A program made the position numbers and the translations under genes. A model generated the notes under the pieces. That model was not told where the DNA came from. It did no database searches and worked only from the letters and a program-made list of their open reading frames with translations. A stretch of 64,000 nucleotides of DNA from Bugula neritina (taxonomy: Eukaryota; Animalia; Bryozoa): assembly GCA_964035545.1 (NCBI GenBank), contig OZ037766.1:1550001-1614000 (forward strand). Direction: 5' to 3'. Shown here in pieces: positions 12,396-25,100 of the stretch (positions within the stretch are counted from its first letter, which is position 1; each line of letters starts with the position of its first letter).

Positions 12396-15300
12396 TTATG
12401 CGGCATGGTTATAATATACGTCATCTGAACTTTCTACAGATTGTCGATTAGCCGTGGAGTTCATGTTCTGAATTGCCGAAGCATTCATGTAATAGTCCTC
12501 CTCTTGACCATTCGCATAAAGCTCTCCGTCTTGATCGGCGGTGATATTAGAGTTATCTCCTCTGTTGCTATTCACATCCGGCACCATCACTACATAGTTC
12601 TCCCCTGAGTCGTCTTCATCATGGATAGAGACCTGTAGAGATGAGAATTTAGTCTCATCAACTTTAGAATCAGCTTTTAATAAGGTATTTCAAATCAGAT
12701 TTTAAACTGAAACTTTAAAAAAGCAATCAGTAAATGACTAACTGAAGTTATAATGTAAAAAACTGAAAAGATGAAACAGAATGAAAACAAGTCAACTAAC
12801 AAGATAGTAGGCTTTTAAGTAATTCAAAGGAATTTTTGTAAATTGAATTTACTAACCTTTGGCTCTACTTTAGCTGTTTGAAGGGGCACCATGTAGTCCT
12901 CCCCATCATCTTCGTGTGGAGTTATCTCTTCTTTCTGTGGAACTAAGTTTACCTCTTCTTTATGCGGAGCAGAGTTCAGCTCCTCTTTGTGAGGCAGCAG
13001 TGTGTGTGATTTAGGCTTGAGAGACTTTCTCTTCACTCTCAGTTTGATGACAATGAAAACAATGACTAGGACAGCAACCACCGCCACTATAGAGCCGATC
13101 TGGAACAGTCAAGGCATACGTTATGTATATGTTATATATTATTATATTATATATGTCATATATTATTACATATATGTTATATATTATTACATATATGTTA
13201 TATATTATTACATTTATGTTATATATTATTACATATATGTTATATATCATTACAGATATGGCTTATCTAACATCTGTAGAACCTTTCATACCAACAACAA
13301 CTAAAGTATTAAGAAAGACTTCATTCCCCACGTCTAGCTTGGGCTCATTGTAGATGTTGTTTTGGTGTTGGGGTTTACACTGCAATACAGAACAACTATG
13401 CACTTCCTGCATGTGCTTATTCCACAGAACTTGGAGTCTAAAGAGAACCTGCTTTATGTGAAGCTTTGTGACATGTTTTTACACTTTGAAGTGTGGGTTA
13501 TGCAGTTTAGACTTAGTAACCTACAGGTTAGACTTAGCAACCTACAGTTTAGACTTAATAACCTACAGTTTAGACTTAGCAACCTACAGATTAGACTTAG
13601 TAACCTACAGATTAGAACACTGGGCAGTATGGGATGGAAAGGGGAATCATCCCATTTATACATGTTGGATATGAAGCTGTGAAATGAGCCTAATTTGTTT
13701 TGAAGGCAGTAAATCATTCAAGGACTTCAGTTTAAATATAAAAACCAGTCTTTCATTATTCAGAATACACTGAAATAGTATAAAATGAAAACACAGCGCT
13801 ATCATGAATTTACAGTCTTTACAGCAATGTAACAGCTATAATGGTTTGCACTATCTCTCGGTTTTTTGCTGGCATTTAAAATCAATTACTAAAGTACAGC
13901 TGAGTAGATGAAGCTCGTAGGGGTCAACTCAGAGGTCAACAGACTTGGTAAAGTTCCAGTAGAAACAACTTCAGTAGAAGGAAGTTGATGTGGTTTACGC
14001 AGAAAGAAGCTGACCCGAGGTTGATTGGTGCATTGGGAACAAATATCATGTAATAATTACAGGGTGGTTGCTAACCCCAACCCTCCCACTTCCCTGTTGG
14101 TTGGCAGAAACTATACAGCTTTAGCTACTGCAACGAATCAGGAGCTGAAATGTGGACAAACAGGCCCAGTGAAGGAGTCAGAGCAATAGTTACAGCTGCA
14201 AGTAAAGCAGTGTTGGTAAAACTGGTTGTTTTCTTCATAGTACATACTATTGTTTCTAGTCCATTGCCAATTCATGTTTGAATGCTCAGCTCATTGACAT
14301 TCTTAGCTAAAACAACACTTATGTAAACAGTGAGCTCTCCACTAAATACAAGCTAAGCTGTTAGGTGCAGAGATGTAAAGTTTTCCTTAGCCTGAGATTA
14401 TGATTCTAGTTTGACAAATGCTTTATTTTCTATAGTGCCTGTCATGCTATAAAGGTCAGATAAAACTTGGGCTATTAGAGAAGCTGTAGATCTGTACGCA
14501 ACTTGCCAAGAGTTACTCACCACTATGCCTGCGATAGCTCCACCACTGAGAGGTTTTGGTGGCAGAGGGGGGAAGCTTGGCTCTGTTGTAGTATTAGTGG
14601 AGTTGTCATTTCTATCCACAGTAACGAAGGAAATGTTAGTAAAGTTGGTTTCTACAATATCACAATGATTTGTCGTAGAGAAGCTAATAATAAAGTTAGT
14701 GTTGAAAGTAGCCAAGAGAACTCATGATCACAAGAGCTACAAAGAGGGTTAGGGGTTGCGCCTTAATAGTATATAAACATGTTATTTTGTTAAAGCTCCG
14801 TATGAAGGTTCCTTCAAGCTAATTTCTCACAGGCTCAACTCTAAAAAGGCCACTATAATTCTGCAACTTGATAACACCATTGGAGTAATTAGGTAGCATA
14901 GTACATGTTCTGTCAACTCTCATGTCGGGAGTGAGGAAGATAAAACTGAATGAAATGATAAGGATACAACTATAACATGGCAAGTAGATAAAGTATAATT
15001 TCAATTCTAGCACATGTAAGTAGAATAATGAGATGCTATCTTGAGACAATAGAAGCTCTAGTTACAAAAATGACAGCAAAGGAATCACTAACAACACCTG
15101 ATAAATTACATCATCTAATAAGAGTTAATTTATTGTCGAGGTGCAAAATGCAGTTTCTTTTCTTTACAGATAGTATCAATGGAATCAACAGCTCACTAAA
15201 TATCCCATACAAAGAGAGTTAAGACAATTTTGAAGTGGTTACAAAGATGCAGCTTTGTCGAATTATAGTGCTAGCTCTAGCAAAGTTTTGTAGCAGAAAG

Positions 15301-15597
15301 GGCCATTACAAAAGTCATTGTCTCAAATCTAAATTAATATCCACTTTCAGCATTTCAAACTCAAGATAACCTGCATGACATATGTTTACCCAATAGAAGA
15401 ATGTCAGAAAGAGTTCATAAAAATCTCAAGGCTTACGAAATTATACGAATTTAGAACCTACTAATTAACGTCTACGTACCATATTGATATGTCGATGTCG
15501 ATGTCTCTGTTATCGTCACAGTCTGTGCCGATAATTCCAAGATGGCAGTCAGTAAAGCTGCGACTGTGAGATGAGTCATGAAAGATACAAAAGACAT
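12396..15597 (-). CDS. Single-pass type I membrane protein (~242 aa): signal peptide, short Thr-rich glycosylated ectodomain, TM, acidic Tyr-motif cytoplasmic tail; exons 15597-15480, 14651-14521, 13099-12857, 12632-12396
   Basis: All junctions are GT-AG and phase-compatible. N-terminus MSFVSFMTHLTVAALLTAILELSA; TM LSGGAIAGIVIGSIVAVVAVLVIVFIVI followed by KLRVKRK; tail motifs EDYMVP, ENYVVM, ELYANG, EDYYMN, DVYYNH. Confidence 0.7.
13125..13255. repeat. 21-bp intronic tandem repeat
   Basis: Unit tatatgttatatattattaca, ~6 copies. Confidence 0.8.
13503..13615. repeat. 21-bp intronic tandem repeat
   Basis: Unit ttagacttag(t/c)aacctacag(t/a/g), ~5 copies. Confidence 0.85.
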
Positions 15598-16663
15598 CGT
15601 CAGCTGTAGGATCAGAAGATGAAGACTGACTCACAGTTACTACTAAGTGATCACTCTCCTCCGTCTGCTGATTACGTCCACTGCCTGCCTACTAGCCTGT
15701 GCTGCTACTAGCTAGCACGTAATGTGATACTCACAAGTGGTAATGCGATACCTTCACAAGTGTCGCATGCTCTACTGCTAATGACTGACTGATGATTCGT
15801 CTGCATGCAGTGTGTTATTGTATTCCTAACACATGACAGCTTCCTCATTGAGCAACAACAAGCAGCCTCTTTCAGCAAATCCTGCGACAGATAGTACGGG
15901 CTTTGCAAGGTTACCCATAGCACGGGCTTTGTAAGACTGCCCCATTGTTATGCATCAATACCTCTTTTTAACCAAAACTCTTTTTATTTATACATGTAAA
16001 TCAACATTGAAAAATCGGGCAGAAATTCGCAATTTGCTGTGCAGCAAAATTTTCTGGTAGAGCAAAGTAAAACTGGCATATTTTCTACCAACTTTTTTCA
16101 TGATTGTCATTATAAAGTCAGCGGGTTATTAAGTCAGCTACTGGGTATTTGAATAGTCAGCAAACAGGCGAGTGAAAGGGGTTGATACTTTAATAGCCAC
16201 TAAACAAGGCCTTCGCTACAGAATCGGCACTAGAGTTCTTACAACTAATGGCCTATGCGCTCAAGAGTTTAACTCATCAGCCGAGAATCTTGTCAGCTAT
16301 TTTCAGGAGTAAATTTAGCATTGCAGAGGAACAAGAGCATGATTGGCTGAATGATAAATATAGGTTCAGTTTGTTTATAACCAGCTAAAGTGTTGAGAAA
16401 CAATCATGCGATCCTATCGCTAATCACATTCATGACAATCACGTGACAATATGCTAACTAATTGCTTTACTAGAATCGCTGTATACTTGTTTACCCCTTC
16501 TCTTCCGTTCTGTTATACAAAAACCATCGTCATGTTTTTGATTCAAATAAATATTTTATTACCAAATAATTAAATCAGTCAGTCAGTTTGCTCGATAAGT
16601 TAAATCAGCAATCAATATCGTATTTCATAATAAATACTATACACGATGGCAACACATTCAACA

Positions 16664-16677
16664 GGTTATGGGCCCAG
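16664..16677 (+). promoter_or_regulatory. Primer-binding site GGTTATGGGCCCAG (copia-type priming by an initiator tRNA-Met fragment)
   Basis: Directly follows the 5' LTR and matches the well-known copia-clade PBS. Confidence 0.85.
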
Positions 16678-16729
16678 ATGCTTTGTAGCCATCAACTTCT
16701 ACCCTGCGACTTGCTCCACGAGGTAGCTA

Positions 16730-18040
16730 CTAATACTAATCACTCACACTGTACAGTGTCACTCACACTGTACACAATACTACTACTACTCACTGTACAG
16801 TGTCACTCACACTGTACACAGTACTATTACTACTCAGTACTCACTCACTCTACAGTGTCACTCACACGGTACACAATATAAATATTACTACTACTCACTG
16901 TACAATATCACTCACACTGTACACAGTATTACTATTACTCACTGTACAGTATCACTCACTATCATAGTGACTATGCAGTATCGCTCACTGTACACTACCA
17001 CTCACTCACACTGTACACAGTACTATTACTACTCAGTACTCACTCACTCTACAGTGTCACTCACACGGTACACAATATAAATATTACTACTACTCACTGT
17101 ACAATATCACTCACACTGTACACAGTATTACTATTACTCACTGTACAGTATCACTCACTATCATAGTGACTATGCAGTATCGCTCACTGTACACTACCAC
17201 TCACTCACACTGTACACAGTATTACTATTACTCACTGTACAGTATCACTCAGTCACTGTACACAGTACTACTCACTGGGCAGCACTACTCACTTTACATA
17301 GTATTACTCACTGCACAGTATCACTCACTATATAGTACTACTCACTATATAGTACTACACACCGACACACATACCGGTACACACACAGACCGGCACACAC
17401 AGACCGGCACACACAGACCGGAACACACACCGGCACAAAGACCGGAACACACACCGGCACAAAGACCGGAACACACACCGGCACACAGACCGGAACACAC
17501 ACCGGCACACAGACCGGAACACACACCGGCACACAGACCGGAACACACACCGGCACACAGACCGGAACACACACCGGCACACAGACCGGAACACACACCG
17601 GCACAAAGACCGGAACACACACCGGCACAAAGACCGGAACACACACCGGCACAAAGACCGGAACACACACCGGCACAAAGACCGGAACACACACCGGCAC
17701 ACAGACCGGAACACACACCGGCACACAGACCGGAACACACACCGGCACACAGACCGGAACACACACCGGCACACAAACTGGCACACGCGCCGGAACACAC
17801 ACCGGCGCACACGCCAGAACACACACTGACACACACAGACCGAGACACACACCGGCACACAAACCGACACACACACCGGAACACAAACCGACACACACCT
17901 CGAAACACAAACTGGCACACGCACCGGAACACACACCGGCGCACACGCCAGAACACACACTGACACGCACACACTGAAACACACACACTGAAACACACAC
18001 CGGCACACGCACCGTAACACACCGGCACACACACCGGCAC
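16730..18040. repeat. Internal satellite of the Copia element: ACTCAC/TACAG-rich block with a ~200-bp duplication (16730-17355), then a 24-bp minisatellite (~17360-18040)
   Basis: 24-bp unit accggaacacacaccggcaca(c/a)ag repeated ~15 times, then degenerating; ~199-bp period between ~16808 and ~17007. Confidence 0.9.
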
Positions 18041-18044
18041 ACAA

Positions 18045-18335
18045 AACAGCAGAAATGGTACCCAGAATACCATGCCACAAGAACCTGCACAAACATGCGG
18101 AAATGACGCAATGAACGTCATACCACAAGGACCCGCACTAAACAGCAGAAATGGTACTCAGAATACCATACCACAAGAACCTGCACACAAATGCGGAAAT
18201 GACGCAATGAACGTCATGCCACAAGGACCCGCACAAAACAACAGAAATGGTACTCAGAATACCATACCACAAGAACCTGCACAAAAATGCGGAAATGACG
18301 CAATGAACGCCATGCCACAAAGACCTGCACCAGAT
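18045..18335 (+). repeat. 96-bp (32-codon) tandem repeat x3 in the former integrase-RT linker
   Basis: Reads NSRNGTQNT(M/I)PQEPAQ(T/K)CGNDAMNV(I/M)PQGPA three times, then PRKS*RKRKCSTYLQNYD, resembling the copia RRSxRxRxxPxYLxDY linker motif. Confidence 0.75.
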
Positions 18336-18569
18336 CTGGCAAAGGCCACTGATCAATCTGGACCACGTAAATCATAACGGAAACGAAAGTGTTCTACCTA
18401 CCTACAGAACTATGACATAGAAGACACTAACTATGCTTGCCCACTGATGGCAAACATATCACAGTCCACCAAGAAACTGTAAATTCAAGAGATAGAGAAG
18501 CCTAGAAAAGAGCTAAGGACAAGAAAATAAACACTCTACATAATTCAAACAAGGAAAAACCCCTGGTGA

Positions 18570-19200
18570 AAAACCACATAAAACTAGATATGTAGCAAAA
18601 GGATACTGACAAATACAATGAGTTGACTATGATGAAACGTACAGTCCAACCACCAGATTTACATCGATCAGATTGCTGTTACAGAAAGCAGCAAAATAAA
18701 AACAAGAAGATACATCAACGAGATGTTAAAGAGGCGTACCTAAACACGCCAATCAATAAGGAAACCTACCTACAACAGCCTGAAGAGTACAAAGAAACCA
18801 GCAACCAAGGGAAGCTTTCTTGGCGTCCCAACAGATCCATATATATGGCCTCAAACAGAGCAGATGCAATTGGCACCAAACACTTACCACTTTCCTCAAG
18901 GAACAAGGCTTCACACCTGGTGCCGGAGACCCTTGTCTATACTCAAAACAGGACCTTTCAGACCTTGTGCAAAACATTCAAGATAAAACAGAATAACCCT
19001 AACACAGTTTTCACCAACAACCTTGGAGCCATTGCCCTCACTAAGGGACAACCATACTTATAAAAGAGGAGCAAACACATTGACATTAGATTCCACATTG
19101 TCAGAGAGCAAACCACCATAGTATACCAACACATTAGAGGAGCGGAGAACCCTGCCAATGTCATGACTAAGAGCTTGCCTAAAACCAATCACAGAATTGC
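18570..19200 (+). pseudogene. Degenerate, internally deleted Copia reverse transcriptase and RNase H remnant
   Basis: Fragments KTRYVAKGY*Q...VDYDETYSPT, IHQRDVKEAYLNTPINKETYLQQPEEY, SIY-GLKQS-R-W, DPCLY and KRSKHIDIRFHIVRE...ENPANVMTKSL, broken by stops and frameshifts. Confidence 0.9.
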
Positions 19201-22169
19201 CCTGGAGCTACTAGCTATCAAATCACATGCTTGAGGGGGCGTGTTGAGAAACAATCATGCGATCCTATCGCTAATCACATTCATGACAATCACGTGACAA
19301 TATGCTAACTAATTGCTTTACTAGAATCGCTGTATACTTGTTTACCCCTTCTCTTCCGTTCTGTTATACAAAAACCATCGTCATGTTTTTGATTCAAATA
19401 AATATTTTATTACCAAATAATTAAATCAGTCAGTCAGTTTGCTCGATAAGTTAAATCAGCAATCAATATCGTATTTCATAATAAATACTATACACGATGG
19501 CAACACATTCAACATAAAGTTTCTAATAATTCTTTTCTATAGTTTTACAAACTGGTGACGATATTGACATATGTACCAGCTACATGTTTTACCTGCATGT
19601 TTTACCTGCATGTTGTAGAACAAGTTCATTTGTAGTGCAATTAAGGTATTGTCTTCGACTTTTAATTTCTTGCAGCAAAATGCAACCAAACACTGTATTA
19701 ATTGGTATTATAGTATGTAACAAAATACTCTATTAGTATTATATTATGTATAACAGAATATACTATTGCTATTATATATTATACAGCTGGTATTATATGC
19801 TATGTAACACAATAATATGCAGTTGGTATTATGTATTATGTAACAGAATATTATACAGTTGGTATTATTATATTTTTCTGCTAACAGCAATCAAATTTAG
19901 TATAGATTATATGATATGTAGCTATCCATAAACACTAATGAGGAGATAACTCTAACATGTGAATTACATATGAGAATCTGCAGGTAGATGAGGATTGGAA
20001 TGGATCATTGTTGATAGCTTAACAGTCAAATCTCAAATATAACTAAAAATACATGATTTCTAATATAGAAAAACAATGCATGACATGTTTAGAAATTGAA
20101 TACATGAATTATAAGCGTCTTTATTGGTGATTATTAAGGAAACAATATTTCATTTTCAGTGTAAAAATCACTAATTTGTAGAAAATCTATGAAGGCTATT
20201 GAAAAGATCAAAAAGTTTGCTATGCATAAATTTCTCAGGTTTCTGACAGTGTTTGTTTTATTCGAATACCACGCTTTCCTGCTGAGATATTTGGCAGGGA
20301 TTGAAAAATAAACTTTTCAGGTAAAATTGGCCAAAAAGGGTAGATTTTTGTCTATAACTTTGCAAAAAATATTGAAAACTCGAATAAGCAGGTGTTTTGA
20401 GGAACAGGAAGATCTAAAACATGGTTTTTAAATTTTAATTCTAGCACAATTAAGTGAGGTTTTATTTTGCGGGGCTGAATTCTTATAATATACCAATAAT
20501 GTGGCCTCAGCAAGGCAGTGACAGCTAAAAGGTTGCTCTTATTTATCTTGTGTGGACTTGTATTTTGTCAATAAGTAATGGAATTTGGAAAAAACCAACA
20601 TGAAACCCAGAAATGAAATCAAAATGTTTTCAGAAAACAGTACCAGGTGTATAGGAGAGGTTAATGAAAATTTATCACTGAGGTCTACAGGTACTATATC
20701 CACATTTTGGTCAAAAACTTAGCGTTATTGCATGATAATAATTATCAATGCAATGAGGTTTTGCAAACTGTACACCACCATAAGTAACCTTTTATGTTTG
20801 ATTGTATTAATGTCTGGCTCTACATTTAATCATCTTCTAGGTTAACAAATTTGTTCTTTTGGGGTATATTTCCTTGATGTATCTAGTGGAAGCTTATTTT
20901 AAAACCAAGTTAACATACTCTTCTTGGGTGTGGTTTATTGTGTGTAAGGAGCTGTGGTGGTATCTCTTTATGGATTAGACTATAGTACTCTAATAAACTC
21001 CAAATAGGTTTTCAACCACTTTCTGCTTGCCAAAGAGTTATCAGTTCAAATTGCTCTTTACAAGTAACCAACACACATTTTCTGATTTGCAATCTTCCTC
21101 TGTTCTGATCTATTATTCTTTTTCTATGCATGGCAGTGTATTAGTTATTTAAGATTGCATTTGAAGAGCTTTTGTTACCTGCCTCTATCCTTCCATTTTT
21201 TTTGAGATCTTCAGAAATTTTTCGGTACAATTTGGACTTAGTGTCAGAACAAACCTAACTGCAGTTGAGTAAGACTACATTACATTACATTACAGTCAAC
21301 AAGTATGGGACAAGACTGAATATTTACATAGTTTGCAGCAATGCCCAGTCGTCATGTAGCTGGTACGGTATGAAAATAATAGTGAGGTGCACATTTCAAC
21401 ACAGATTTTTTTCAGAAGAATTATAATTCACAATGGCTTTAAATTGCATAAATTTGCATCAGAAGCGCTCTGAGGGCTTTGGCGGCCGGGGCGCTGCCCC
21501 GGACCCCGCCGGCCTGAGAGTATGGTCTAGAATATTTTTGCCACTACATCCCTGATTGCAACTGAAATTGCCATGCAATAAATCACATTTATAATATCGT
21601 TTATATTTGCAAAAAGCAATACATTGTTTTAACTAATGTTAGTCTAGTTCAAGTATGTATGGTAATTGATAGTTTTTACATGGCTGAAATAACCTGCTGC
21701 CGTACTAGCTATCGCTGATCAATTGTTGAAATGTATTTTAAAGTGTAAACATATTGCAATTTGACCAAGATAATCTGGCCAAAAGTGTTGATTTTGTAAG
21801 CAAGAATTAATCAGCATTACGGGAGAACATTTATAACATAGAGTTGTCTTTTCATAACGACTCAAACTTTCACGCAATAGTTTTATAGTATGTACATTAG
21901 TTCGGATGATAGAAAATAGGAGTTGTCTTTTAAATATACTGCTTGGCTCTTTGAGCTCTCAAATTAAACAAATATCATAATTATCTTTTGAAAGCTCAGA
22001 CATCATATTTGTCGCTTAGTAACTCTCGAAGCCTTTCTGTGATGTCACAACATGTGTTTTAAGGCTAATATTGTGTGAAAATATTATATTTTAACTTCTA
22101 ATAGCTCACTTTTCGCACCATTACAATCTTCTTTGACAATCATTGTAGGCATGAAATAGGAGCGCAAGC

Positions 22170-25100
22170 ATGATAGATCATCATAGTCATACTCATAGGG
22201 AGTTAGTAAAAGGAAAAACTATACACGTTTACAGAAATGGAGATTTATTTTTTGACGCCAAATCGATTGTAGTGAATAAAAAGATCGACAGAACTTTCGA
22301 AGCTCTACTGATCAGACTTACAGAAGTTCTTAAACCAGAATTTGGAGCAGTTCGTCATCTTAAGTCTGTAGATGGAGTAACTGAAATCACAAACTTTGAT
22401 CAACTTGAAGCTGGTGCAAGTTACGTTGCATATGGAAAAAAGTTTGTGAACCTTCAGTAAGTCCAAGTGATAATACTAATAGTAATACTAATAGTAATAG
22501 CAATAAATTAAAATATAACTATAAGTTATTAGCTTTAAGTATACTAACCATAATAATGTTTCAATTAATTTTTATTGTATATTTGATATTTAGTTCATAT
22601 TATCATTATAATAAATTTATTTACGTTAGTTTAAAATCTCTATTTGTGATATTCATATTAACTTTAAATTTACCACAAAGATGGCACATTAAATTTGATG
22701 AATAGTCAATAATATTAATTGTTATTAGTTAAATGATTATGAGTAACATTGTTTAACTTTTGTGATTGTCATGATTAGTAGCCAAGAAATTGAGTTAAGC
22801 TTTATAGCTTTGAACTGAATATTAGGTTTTACTAAAAGAAAGGTATAATTGTTTTACATAATAAACAAATGTGTTATTATTATCAGTTTTTTATGGAAAT
22901 GTATTAGGGCTATTAATAAATTTCTTATAGGAATCGTGATCATGGTAACTCTCACTAAAAAATTGAATCTTTTTACTTGTGCATTATTTCAACATTATAA
23001 ATTAAAATTCGTACTAATATTTCTAGAACGAAAAATTATAATAATATGCTCAAGTCATACGATTGATAAGCTTCTAAGTTATAATGTAGTTGTTGTTTTA
23101 TGTTTTTCTTTTAAAATTTAGATACACAGAAATTTCAGCTCGTTTGCATTCACTAGCTCACCCTCCTTTGGTCTCTCCCCGTGAGGTAAGAAATGTAGAT
23201 TTTTAAATTTTGCAATTTTTTAAATGGATATTAAAATATTATTATAATGTAAAATCTTATAAATCATTTGTCTTTGAAACATTTTCAATTTTCAAATAGT
23301 TTAAAACTAATGAATTATTACGAACATAGAAGCAGAAATTTGTAATTTTTCAAATAGTAGTAGCTAGTAAAAATTTGCAGCATGAAAGTTGTCGAACCAC
23401 GAAATACAGCAAACTCAAATTTTAAAGTAAACTTCATTAGTCCTGGTTGAGTAGAAATCCTTATTTCTGTATCTAGCAGGGGAAGTTAACTTAAACATTT
23501 ATTAATTTTACATCAGGGTACTGTCGTAGGACCTGAGGTATGTATGTGATGGCTTTCTTTATTTATGGTTTATACACGCTTCTAGTATTTTCTTTTCCTC
23601 CAATTTCAGCGTTGTTAGGTAACAATGACTACATGACAACTATTTTAGCTTGGTTTTCTTTATGCAGTGTTCACCAACTTTATCTGATACCAAGTTTTTA
23701 AAATATGTATGTCATAGTTTATTACAAGTATCATGTCATAATCATTCATTGCACCCTCTCCATTAAAATAGCATTTTTCTGTTTTCTGGTGAGCTAGAAA
23801 ACTCTACAGCGCATTGAAACAGTACATTGATGCACTCTAATGGAGAATAATTTGAATTGACTTATACAATAAAATACAGTCAATATGAAGTACTTGCACC
23901 TGACCTATCTATGTAGATTTATCTGAGGCAGAAATATATACACCTGCTTGTGTCTCTCAGTGTGACCATAAAAAACTCTGATAACAAACATTGAATATAA
24001 TGAACAATAGTTAGCTTGAGAGCCAACGTGATTTGGAGGTAAAATTATGGGCTGCCACCTAAGAGATTCAGGCCCAACCTTTAGGTTCTTAGTCACATTG
24101 AAGTTCATGTTTCTAGACACATTTTATGCCAATATCCATACATCACATATTTAATGTATGACTATGACTTAATATTCAGCTGTGAACTAGCTGTGGTGTC
24201 TGATGTACGAGATTTTAGTCTGAGAAATAAAAACATTGATTTACACTAAATCCTGTTATACTTTTCTAAACAAGGACTTGATTAATCTTGTTTTCCTTAA
24301 CACTGAGTTAACTTCATTATAAAGATTAGTTACATAATTACAGCTAATGGCATTACTTCTACCTCTGACAATCATAGCAGACAGACTGTGTGCCACCATA
24401 AATCATTTACTGTTTACTTCAGTCAAAGTCTGGTTTGATGAAGTATCTATAATGCTTTCTGAATAGTCAACTAAATTCAATTTTCACTTTTCCAGTGGAT
24501 TATACTGTGTGAACTGAAATGAAACACCGAAACTATATTTTCAGACTATCTTAAATATTTTCTTGTTAAATAGTTATCTCCCTTTTTTATTAACTCAATC
24601 TTTTGGTTGTTGAAGAATCAAGGCTTCCTCTCATCTTCTTTTTTTAGTTACGGAAACTAGTTGTATCGGGAAGAGCAAGGAAAATAGTTCGACATCCTGT
24701 GGTTATTAAGTAAGTATAAGATTGTGAGAAATAACTGGGTTATCTAAATAACCAAATAGAATATTTCAACTTCAACAGGAAAGCAGAAAAAACCCAACAG
24801 CTGTGGTGTATTTTAGTGTGTACGCTAACGGACAGCCCTTCAAATCCGCTAAGAGGGTTCTACTCCAGCCCTGGATACACAAGACGTGGGACAATGTCCT
24901 TGAGCAGATCTCCTCAAAGCTGCCTCACATGAGGGGCGCCATTAGGAGGTGTGTAACTTGTCATTATGTAATATCATTCTGGAACATTCAGCAGCCATTG
25001 TTTTATAATATCAGTAATAGTAACTCCGTACTGTCAGTAGCTGGTGCGCAGTGGCAGTAGCTAGCAAATAGTGTTAGTAGTAACTCTGTACTGTCAGTAG

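Larger units (their letters stand above)
16391..19514 (+). mobile_element. Non-autonomous Ty1/Copia-derived LTR retrotransposon
   Basis: 273-bp direct LTRs 16391-16663 and 19242-19514 (TGTTGA...TCAACA); 5-bp TSD TAAAG (16386-16390 and 19515-19519); copia-type PBS; PPT gagggggcg just before the 3' LTR; decayed RT and RNase H motifs. Confidence 0.95.

Noticed and set aside
14140-14197. EGF-like CNYCSDSFTGPVC peptide after an AG on the minus strand, inside the membrane-protein gene
   Set aside because: It stops after ~18 codons, and including it would split the TM segment that the flanking exons form when joined directly.
17166-18128. Four long ORFs ([12 protein letters not shown] and AGVCSGLC repeats)
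   Set aside because: They are translations of a stop-free 24-bp minisatellite inside the Copia element, open in several frames on both strands.
21470-21556. GC-rich hairpin-like island in AT-rich intergenic DNA
   Set aside because: Probably a fragment of a small DNA-transposon-derived repeat, but I could not identify a matching second terminus or TSD.
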